From Macrostomum lignano (lineage: Eukaryota), in assembly GCA_002269645.1 (NCBI GenBank), contig NIVC01001427.1:62001-126000 (forward strand): a stretch of 64,000 nucleotides of DNA. The letters run 5' to 3'. The position numbers were made by a program, and so were the translations under genes. Below are positions 13,331 to 26,064 of the stretch, in pieces (within the stretch, counting starts at the first letter, position 1; each line of letters begins with the position of its first letter). Under the pieces are notes generated by a model. That model made no database searches. It was not told the origin of the DNA and saw only the letters and a list, made by a program, of their open reading frames with translations.

Positions 13331-15283
13331 ATGTCGGATCTTTTGTACTGCATGGCGTTTGTCTTCGCGTTCGGAGACGCCCGCGCTGATGCAGCTGTCG
13401 CCTCGCCAGACGCGGCGTTGGTGGTCGCGCTGAAGCTCGCCACCGAGTACAACAGCTGGGTCCGGCCGCCCCCTGACGCCGGCAACGCCAACACAGTCAA
13501 CGTGTATCCATTCTTGAACAGCTTAGTCAATTTGGTGAGCTGGCAATACCTTTTAACAACTTGATGCTGATGCCCTCTAAAGTTCTTTGCATTCATCCGT
13601 TATTGTTACAGAATTCGGCATCTCAGGAGCTGACTCTGCAGTTTTGGTTGCAGAAGGTTTGTTTCATATTTATTTCACCTTAAAAGTATCGAAGCATTAT
13701 TTTCAATGCTGCTGTCACTATGATGAAAATTGCAGCACTGGCTTGACTCCCGACTGTCCTGGCTGGGCAAATTCAACTCCAGTTATGACAACATCAGCTT
13801 TATATTTCTGCCCTCAAGTAAGGTTTGGCAGCCAGATATTAGCGTGAACAATGTGTAAGTCTCGTTTCTATTGTTTCCAAAGGGACTTTTGATTTAAAAA
13901 TTCAACCCCCCAGCCCTGTTGCACAATTATTTAGGATCGAGCTGAAAGACCTATCGCTGAATGAGGCTCCCGTTGGGGTCATAAGTAACGGCATTGTCCA
14001 CCAAGGACTGGAGCTGCTTGTCACCTTTAAATGCAAAATGCAGATGTACCTGTTTCCATTTGACAAGCAGAAATGCCGATTGAGAATCTACTCACGACTG
14101 CAGACTAAAGAAACAATGACATTGAATACGAGCCGATTGTTTCCTAACATTTCCATGGAAACCTACTTGATGAAAAACAACGAGTTCTGCATCACAAATT
14201 TGCAGCTGGAACAAGAGGAAGCATTCGGCCAGAATGCAATATTATTCACCATTTCATTCCAGGTAAACTCAGTGCCAACTTCTTGAATTTGAGCGTTTCA
14301 CTATTCAACGGCATATTCTAAGATAATGAGAGCGAACTCAATTTCAGAGAGGGTCGGCATTCTACTTCACCACCCTGATTTTGCCCAGCGTCCTCCTCCT
14401 CGGCATTTCGACTCTCGCTTTTTGTCTGCCTCCAGAGTGCGGCGAGCGAGTCTCCTTCAGCATCACCATCGTGCTGTCCATGTGCGTGTTCCTGCAGCTG
14501 GCTGGCAACTATATGCCCACACAGAGCGAGTCCGTGCCGCTCATGAGTGAGTTTTTTACTCAGGGTAGAATTTCATATATTTTAGGGATTTTAGCGACTG
14601 GTAAAGACGCTTGCTGAGATGAAGTGGGGCTGGTTGCGATTCAAAGGGCTTCATTGCACGTGCTATAAGAAATTGTCGTGCGTACATTTCGACAGGACAG
14701 GCTGCTTTTAGAAAGACGACGAATAGACATTAATCGTTCTTTTAGTTGTTTAGGTTTTCTTACAATCGAGTTTAAAACTTCTAGTCGATTTGCAAAGTAG
14801 TGTATTGTTGGCCCATAGTCCTACATAGTCTTCATGAAGGGAGCGCACGCTGACTTGTCGAAAAATCTTTTTCAAACTAGTTTCCTTTTTGCAGCCTGGT
14901 ACTTCAGTTCGACCGTACTTCTGACGATGGTTAACGTGCTGTGCAACGCATTCGTGGTCAGCTGCCACTTCGAGCAGCAGAGCAGGTCTCGCGTGAGCAA
15001 CCGGCTGATCCGAGCGCTCTTCCTCAACCGTTTTGCCGTCTGGATCAGCTCGAGCCGGAAGAGGGCTGTGGCCAATGTGCAGAGCTCACAAGCTGGAGAT
15101 TGCAGTTCAGCCGGCGAGCAGGGCGACGAGTGGGCAGCAGTTGTCCGATTTGCCGACGCCTTTTTCTTTATGCTTTTCCTTCTGGCTACCCTGGCAAGCA
15201 TATTTCCTATGGCAATTCTGATGGCAGTCTCTTCGCAAACAGAATGTCTGCAAGGAGCCGAGGAGAATGACATCACTGCCTGA
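13331..15283 (+). CDS. nAChR-like Cys-loop subunit, copy D (6 exons, 427 aa)
   Basis: Exons 13331-13534, 13612-13656, 13736-13854, 13935-14262, 14348-14546, 14895-15283 (1284 nt). WLDSRLSW, WQPDISV, Cys-loop CKMQMYLFPFDKQKC, same M2. Confidence 0.9.
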
Positions 15284-15766
15284 AATCTGCAATAGATAGT
15301 TTAGTAAGATGCTACTTGAAAAGGATATTATTCTAATACTCGTATTTAGATTTCACTTAGGTCTGTAGTTTCAGGTTTGTCTCTTTTCTCAGCCTGGAAA
15401 AATAAGCAAATCTTGTTAAGCTTCTGTTGTTTGCCTGATGTAAGTTTTGCACCATACAAGGTCTGTAGTGCACTGTTATGTCTGGTCTCTCCTTTGCTCT
15501 TGCTTTAGCCTTCCTCCACGTGCCTCGGTGAGGATGTTACAGTCATAACAGTGCACTTCAAAGGTCCATCTGCAATTCATAAAAATTTGCGTTTTAAATT
15601 TTAATTAGAAATAACCCAAAATATAGAATTCGAAATAACGAAATATTTTTTGATAGTATGAACTACTAAAACGAAAAATTATTCGATGAAATCCAAATTT
15701 AAAGAATTTACTTCAAAGTCTTGTGAGTTAATTCATTTAGAAATATACGACTCAGCTAACTCAAAC

Positions 15767-17493
15767 TCAGGGCAGAGCGTAAAAATCTCTCGCAATACCA
15801 GCGTCGGGCACAAGAGGAAACTTGAGCAGGTAGCAAGCGGTGCTGCCGCTCTGCTCATCGAAGAGCACCGCCTGGCAGCCCTCCGAGCAGAGGAGGGCAC
15901 ACATGCTCACGTTAGGAGCCTTGGTCAGCGAGTATAGCGGCTCGGAATAAGAGCTCAAAGTGGCGACAGTCGGCTTGGTCTCTCTCAGCAGGAACACACC
16001 AGCGTCTAAAAATACAGCGCGTCAGAATATGACCCAGTTTCACCTGCCTTGCTATGAATTGAGCCTATTCAACAGCAACACTGCCAGAGCTTACTGAGAT
16101 AGGCGAGGCCATGCACCGAGTTGCAGCTGTTGCCGTTGCAGATTTGGGAGGCGTTGCCGCTGAAGAGTTGATTCGGGAGGTGATCAGTCCCCCGAAAACT
16201 CCCACTTCCAGACACTTAAGCCTGGGAACAAAATCAGTGATCACTTACTGTTGCGGGCTCCTCTTCTTTGTCGCGCGTGTCTGTAGAGCTCGTCTCCTTA
16301 GAGCTGTTCCTCCCGGGGTAGTCTTCTTGAAGTCTAGAATCGGCCGAAAGTGAGAGCGTAGCAATTAAATCGACGTCGCAGTATTCCTTCGGGTGCAGAA
16401 TTCAATGTATTCCTCGAGTGCAGAAATCAATATCAACGATGCGCCCAATAACAAAATCAACTTCAATACGAGGTCCTCCAGAAAGGGCGTCTTCTTCTAG
16501 AACTAACGGAATCGGAGTCGTGTGCTCCTATCGGTTAATCTAGGATAACCAAAATCAATCAAATCGATAATCCTCTAAGGGTATCGGAATCGGTCCGCAA
16601 ATCCTATCCAATCCCTTAGGAAAAGGGAGGCCTCAAACTCAATAGACTCAATAAAATCAACTGAACAGTAACGGCCGGCAATAACAATCGCTCTCAATAA
16701 TCAAAATAACGAAGACTTGAACAAGGTTACCAATTGCTGTTTATCTCTTCCTCAGAGATATAGCCTCGTTGGCTGCTCTTGCAAAGCCCAAGATCTTTGG
16801 AGGCTGCTCCGAGTCTGAGATTTCAGCTCGGATTTTTTGTATTTATATTTATACACAATTTGTCGGCCTTGAGTCGGCCTTGAGCTCAAAACCGGTTTTT
16901 TTGAAGAGTTCACGAAAGGAATTTTATCATTTGACAGGTGGGGTTTTTGAATAGAAAGGGGTGAGACTTGGGTGACATTCAGGCTAACATTTACCATATT
17001 TGGAAGTTCTAAAAATAGATGTCGAGAACCGGTTTTTTGAACAATAGCATAGCCACTCGCTGTTTGCGTGATATGACTGGTATTACTAAAAATAGAGTAT
17101 GACACATAGCTATTTTTAAATTTGTATTCATAACTTTATGTTACTACTTTTAGTAGGCTACTGTGTTTGAAGATCTCTACACCGCTGCACGCTGTGCCGC
17201 ACTGCGACTCTGGCGCGGATCCCTGGGAGCCATAGGAGAATCCGCAGTAGCAACCGACTCCAGCCTGCAGACCCAGTGGAGCAGCCAGCCGTGCACAGCT
17301 GCAATGTCAAACTGCTAGACTCATAGTTCGGATAATTTCCGTCCTTTTTGTAGACGCCGAGTGTCGTACTCTTCTCAAGGCCATTAAGGTCTCGTGTGGC
17401 ATTCACATAGTCCGTGTAGCAGCCCAGGTACTTCACGCTGGTGACTTGCCGCCCGACGCAAATTTCAAAGGAATGGAGCAGGAGCAAAAGCAT
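15767..17493 (-). pseudogene. Secreted WSC-domain + PAN/Apple-domain protein, disrupted
   Basis: Signal-like MLLLLLHSFEICVG; WSC motifs YLGCYTD..RDL, LTLQLCTAGC, GLQAGVGCYCG, QCGTACSG|NASQICNGNSCNSVH. Frameshifting deletion near 17271 and a 1021-bp insertion splitting CSG|N. Phase-1 intron 16094-16006 joins in frame to a PAN/Apple-like exon (SMCALLCSEGCQAVLF..TACYLL) ending at 15767. Confidence 0.8.
16161..17181. mobile_element. Solo LTR (Gypsy-type signature) inserted in the WSC exon
   Basis: Starts TGAAGAG, ends CTCTACA (TG..CA, 6/7 inverted match); 4-bp TSD CCGC at 16157-16160 and 17182-17185; no internal coding motifs seen. Confidence 0.75.
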
Positions 17494-18269
17494 GCCAGCA
17501 CAGCCTGATTTGTAAATAGATGGCTACGCGGCATGGTGATGCTCAGAAGGTTTTAAAATGAATGACACAAAAAGGTACCGTAGAGATGCAGATTGAAGCA
17601 TCGTTTAGTCTGCTTTATATATGCTTTTTAGTGGAATGCTGCAATCGGCTCAGCTACACAATAGCTGATGCTGAAGTATTGTGCGTGATTTGCTTTGCTC
17701 AATTTAGCGAGTCCAGATTCAATGATAAAAAAGAACAAAAAATTGCTCTTTCTTGTCTGATGTCGAAGTTGATCAAAGCTGGGATATACAGAAAGTCTAC
17801 TTTTAAGTTGTATTTGACAATCGAGAAGGCATTCATCTCTGGGATTTGAGCAAATACAAAAAACAGCTGCTCAGACTGCCGTGAGATTTTCAGAAATTTT
17901 CTATTTAACAATACGCGGGCCGCATTTCCGCATCAGATTTTGACAATATTCTGTCTTTTCGATGCGCGATATAGCTATATCGAATGCGAAAAATGTCTGC
18001 AGGACTCTGGAGAGGAGAGGCTGACTCCCTGTGGATGAGGAGAGCGAATTGTCGGAAGCTTTTTGTTTTTTTTCTTACCGATTGAAATACGAGAGTAATT
18101 TAATGTTCGAAGCTCTAATCCATACAGAGGCAGGTGAATCTCTTTTGATACAAGACTCGAACACCCAGCCTGACGCGAATGAATCGCTGGAGTGCAGGGG
18201 ACTCAACTGCAGCATCTCGTATAGAAGCATTTTTTTATAAATTTGTACCTGAGAGAAAGGTATTTATTG

Positions 18270-18535
18270 GATCGCATTAGCTTCTGAAGAACAACGTCGA
18301 TACATGGTCCCGGACGTTGAAGACGTGTATAACCACCAGACCGGTTATCATGCTTGCAGAAAGTGCAAAATGAGAACCAAAAACAGATTGCCGAGGCCGA
18401 CACAACTGTCGCCCATTCAGTGTTTGAAGTTTGTGCATTGCCAGCATCAAATGACGGCACATGAAATGATGAAGCCCAGAGTCAGCATTGAAGCTGGTAA
18501 TGTCAGAAAAATGGATGAGGTGAAGTACTAGATGC
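18270..18535 (-). pseudogene. Probable orphan, degraded last exon (M3-M4) of another nAChR-like copy
   Basis: Minus strand reads *YFTSSIFLT..LGFIISC (paralogs WYFS..LLT..NAFVVSC) then TEWATVVSASAICFW (paralogs EWAAVVRFADAFFF / NEWAIVADAADWLFFW), with frameshifts. No M2 exon found nearby. Confidence 0.4.
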
Positions 18536-19328
18536 AATTATAAACTAAAGCATTGCTGTCGATCTGCATCTAGCGATCAAATATTTGTGGTGTACTCAAT
18601 ATTGAGTCGAGTGTGCTTACCCGCATGGCAAAATGGCACGCATGATTAATTGCACTTCTATTGTTTACCTGTCAATCAGGCAAATTATTCGCTGGTCGCA
18701 TTGACCATTGCAGATGTAGAGGCCAGGGGTAAAAGCTCGTTATCCATAAATTAAGAACGTATGAAAGTAAGAACCAGGCTTTAAAAAATTCCGGTTCGCT
18801 TCCAAACTAACCTTAAAAACTGGTTGAACAAGAGACTGACTGCCCAAGCTGCTCGCCTGGCAGTGATGTGTCAATGAGATTATGTGCCAACTTGCCTTTT
18901 TTGCCTAGCTCGTAGTACGACGTAAGATGGTGTTTATGGATGACGCAGCAGGGCAGTCGACTGAAGCGCGTCTCTGAGCCAAGGCTGCAGTGCAGTACAC
19001 TGGTAGGAACATGAAACTGAAAAAATCACTGCAGCACCACTTTGCGATTCTCCACTCATCTCAACAGAATGCTCCCCAAAGAGGAACTCAAGGTTGACTG
19101 AAGGAAACACGACAGAACAAATAATTCTCTATTTGCTCTCTTGAAACGAGTTTAAAGAGAATGCACCGCTGAGCCAACAGCTCGATACAATAGCTGGAGG
19201 CAGGGCTCCGGATGCATCCTCCTGAATATTTAATTGGTGGAAAGAGTGGTCTCTGGACAAACACGGGCAAAGATGCATAAAACTCCGACTGACTGGTTTT
19301 CTCAGAGCTACGCTCGTACTTCGCCTTC

Positions 19329-21037
19329 ATGTCTCTGCAGTGGCTCGTGCTCGCGGCCGCTTCAGCGGCTACTGTTGCCGCCGGAGCAGCAGCCATCGCC
19401 AACGTTTCACCTGACGAGTCGGTGATGGCTGCATTGAAATTCCCACCGAATATAACAGAGCTGCCCGACCTCCACCCGACAATGGCAATGCAAACACGGT
19501 CAACGTTTTTGTCTTTTTTAACGGCATTACAAGATTGGTGCGATAATGTTCTTTGTTCAGTATCGATGGCGGATTTCTGGGGCACAGCTTCAGTTTTGCA
19601 ACTTATTCTCGTTTAATGACGGTCACAATAGAAAACTTACCCAACTGACACAGGATCCCAACATCAATTTCAGGATTCTGCAGTGCAGGAAGTTACTCTG
19701 AGGATTTGGCTAATGACTGTTAGTGCCGATGTATTTCCATATGAATTATGAAAATAAATGCAACACGTTTTCATGCAGGTTGATAACTCATCAAAATTTT
19801 AGCACTGGACTGACACTCGTTATCCTGGTACAACAAGTTCAATGCAACTCTGGATAGCATCGACTTCATCATTGTCCCCGCCAGCCTATTGTGGCAACCT
19901 GATGTCTCCTTCCTGGAAGCGTAAGCCAACACTAACAGAAACGTCCATGGCCATTTCGATCTCTGAGCTACGTGACTCCTACTTAATCTATATTGATTTT
20001 AGCATCGAACTAAAGGATGTGGGAAACAGCCGAGACTTTGTGATGCTACACAACGATGGGACACTGCTCAGGAGCGGCGGCATGGTTCTCACCAGCAAGT
20101 GCAAGATGGAGATGTACCGATTTCCGTTTGACCTGCAGACTTGCGCACTTCGCATAGCGACCATTTTCGATACCACTGGCAGCACGTCTCTAGGGATTCT
20201 GCCACTTAATATTTCCCATGAACTGTATCTGAACAAAAGCAACGAGTTCTGCATTCTGGGCCTTGATTATGAAATAAGTAAGCTGGTAGAGAAAAATGTA
20301 CCCGAATTTCGGATTACTTTTCAGGTAAGACGGCCTCAAAAATAATATCGCAATCGCATAACCCGCAAAGTGCAAAAGCTTTTCATTGCAGCGAATGTCA
20401 ACATTCTACGTGGTGAACCTGATGCTGCCCAGCATCCTCCTCCTCGCCATCTCCGCGCTCGCCTTCCGCATGCCGCCCGAGTGCGGCGAGCGAGTCTCCT
20501 TCAGCATCACCATCGTGCTGTCCATGTGCGTGTTCCTGCAGCTGGCTGGCAACTACACGCCCACGCAGAGCGAGTCCATTCCGCTCATTAGTGAGTTTCT
20601 TTATGCGTTTTAAATTTATTACTGGCTCAGAAACTTTTACGTGATTTTTTCCTGGTACCTCAGCCTGGTACTTCAGCGTAACGTTGCTCATGACTATACT
20701 CAACGTTCTCTGCAATGCTTTTGTGCTCAGCTGTCATTTCAAGAAGCAATGCAGTTTGAAAGTCAGCAATCGTTTTATCCGCGTACTTTTCTTCAACCGT
20801 ATCATGATGAAGAGCACTGCGGGGGCAAAGATTTCTCCCTCGGACTCGGTGGGCCCGCAGCCACAGCAGAATCAAGAGGACACGACTGTGAAGTTCGAAA
20901 ACGACTGGGCTGATGTAGGAGCGCTGGCTGACAAAACATTTTTTGCTGTGTTCCTAGTCGCTACCGCAGTTCTCACCTTGAGTCTAGTCATATTTCAGCT
21001 CTCTGTGTACCGCACAGACTGTTTGGGACTGCTTTGA
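19329..21037 (+). pseudogene. nAChR-like copy E with two single-base deletions (pseudogene or consensus errors)
   Basis: Exons 19329-19537, 19674-19718, 19803-19920, 20003-20324, 20392-20590, 20664-21037. Exon 1 is 209 nt (-1 near 19442, CCC run) and exon 3 is 118 rather than 119 nt (-1 near 19820, TT instead of TTT). Otherwise open; Cys-loop CKMEMYRFPFDLQTC. Confidence 0.85.
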
Positions 21038-21724
21038 CGATACTGAAATAAGTAAATGAATGTCACGGAATTCAAACAGCGATTGTACTAGATATTCCTC
21101 CGGAACGATATTTCATTTATCTTCTTTCCTTCTGTTAGTTTTTTAGTCAGAATCTCGAGTGCAAGTTCTCTAAGTCGCGAGATTTCAAATACTTTGATTA
21201 GTTCGACGCGAATCTGCTGTGTAATGATATCTGTGACATTTAGTTACTAAACTCGCCATTTTGGGGCCCCAATAAGAAATGAAAAATGTCCTAACTCGTA
21301 TACCACTCTACTACAAGTAGACGTCTAAATAACTTTAAATAAATCGTTGTTATGTAGTTTCGAATTATCGATCATGTAGTTTTTTGTTCCGTCTTTTTGG
21401 GTTTCCCTTGTTAGCTATCAGTACATGCAAGTCAGAGACAACATCATCAAAGCAAATGTCACTCGTGAATTGAATTGAAAGCTTCCTGCAAGGTGAATTT
21501 TCCAGCGCGCACTCTGGGCTTTGCTGTGGTTAATATTTATTGAAACGACCTTCCACCGAACCGACTTGGTCTCCAAATTGTAGCTGGCCTCGTTAATTCT
21601 ACTAGTTTATTGTAGATTGAGACTCGTCTAAAATTAACTAGTCAAAGTTTTGTAACTTAATAAATCGATGATTTGAAGCATCTGTTTCAGCACATTAAGC
21701 TTGCCAATTGAGAGTTTCAACTCG

Positions 21725-24325
<2,601 letters not shown>

Positions 24326-26064
24326 TGGTGGCGGTTCGCGCAAGTCTTTCCTCTGCAAATGAAAATACAATTGCTTGCTGGGCAGCCCGTTTCTACCCAG
24401 GTTGCCACTGTATTTAGTCAATTTTTTGCGATGGATCCATCTATCGTGTCAATAATTAAGGCTAGTTGTGTCGGCTTAAATGAATTCATTTTCAGTGCGT
24501 ACGAGTATCTTCTTGCACACCAATGTGTTTACCGAAGTATGCGGTCCGTGGAATTTGTGTGTACGCTCGTATCAGGTGATAATTCAATTTTTTCCAGCTT
24601 TGCAAATATTTGCGCTACAAATGGAATCTACTCAGATTAATATATAAAATTTTATTGACTATCTAGACTATATGATTGATAGGCTATCACACCAGACTAC
24701 GAGCTTATAAAACACAGGTAGGCTACTGACATCGGTCGCATCCCGTGATTGTGCAGTCAAAAGTTCTTTCTAATTTCATTTCTGGTTGATATTGATAAAT
24801 TAATATTCATTCACTTTAATTTATGCTGATTATGTGTTAAAAGGTTGAATCAAAGTCAATCGCATTGTTTATCATCAGCTCAAGTATGCGTTGACTGCCT
24901 CTCGAGTGCGCATCTCGAATGATTGCTTCTTTTGACGAGACTGGCTGGGCACTCACTAGTTTAGCGGATAAGCAGCCTACTGCTAAAATCCCTGAATTGA
25001 AATTCTGAAACATTTAAGTCTAGGGAATCATAGAGACCATAACTGACAACTCATGCAATTCGAGACTTCAACAAGAGCTCAATACTATCCGTGGCGAATC
25101 TAGACAAGAGAACTAGAGACTGAACATACGCTTTGTGCCACGGATGACCTAAGCAGGCATGGTAACGAAATCAGGTGTCAATGACTACGGCTTCGGAGGT
25201 AATGACCTTGTGGGAGTCAATTAATTGAATGCGACTTTGGATTCGGGTGGGTAGAATTCAGATTTAAGTTTTCAACTATTTTAGCCGATGGCTAGCAGCC
25301 GAGTTCCATCAACGCCCTCCCCGAAGCCACACAATTCAACAATTTACAGTAGATGTAAAAAACTTTCGACGGCTTTAATACAGGAAAACAAAGACAATCG
25401 AAAATAACATACAAACATTTAATATTGCTTGGATACACAGAAACGATTTTTAATGAATAGTACATGTAAATGAAGGATAGGGCAATTAAAATATAACGTC
25501 AACGTCGCATAGGGACTCGAAGCAGGCACATTCTTATGTCACCGGGTTTGCTACAAAAATAGGACTGGCAGATAATTAACGCAATTACAATTAGGACAGG
25601 CAACTGTCATTCTTGAGTAAATAGGAAATTTCTAATCTGAAAGTGATCGAGAATTTTTTCATAAGATCATATCAACACCAAGACAAAACAACCATAAAAA
25701 TTGAAGCAAATTTATCTACAATAAGCTTTTCGCTGGACTAAAAAGAAAGCGACGCGTCAAAGGAAGGCAAACCCAGGCGAGAAAAAAGGGCTCAGTCTGA
25801 TGCATATCTTCTTCATTTGGTTAATTATGGGTGAATACAAAAAGGGCCCTTAACTCTGCTTAAGAGGCCAGAACTACTGTAAATTAAAATTATCCAACTT
25901 AAAAAATTCTTTTTCCTTGAGCAGTGGAGTAATATAGGTACAGTTTCTATATTTCTTGGATCAATATAGTACCGCAGCGTCAGAAAAATCCGGCTTAAAA
26001 AGCCTACAGTCAAACTTACAAGCAGTTGTTCTGTTACGCCATCAAGTCTGTTACGCATGAAAGT

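Noticed and set aside
20651-20676. Duplicated CCTGGTAC at the exon 6 acceptor of copy E as an alternative-splicing device
   Set aside because: The upstream copy is not preceded by AG and the downstream CAG is 13 nt away (out of frame); no support for a functional isoform.
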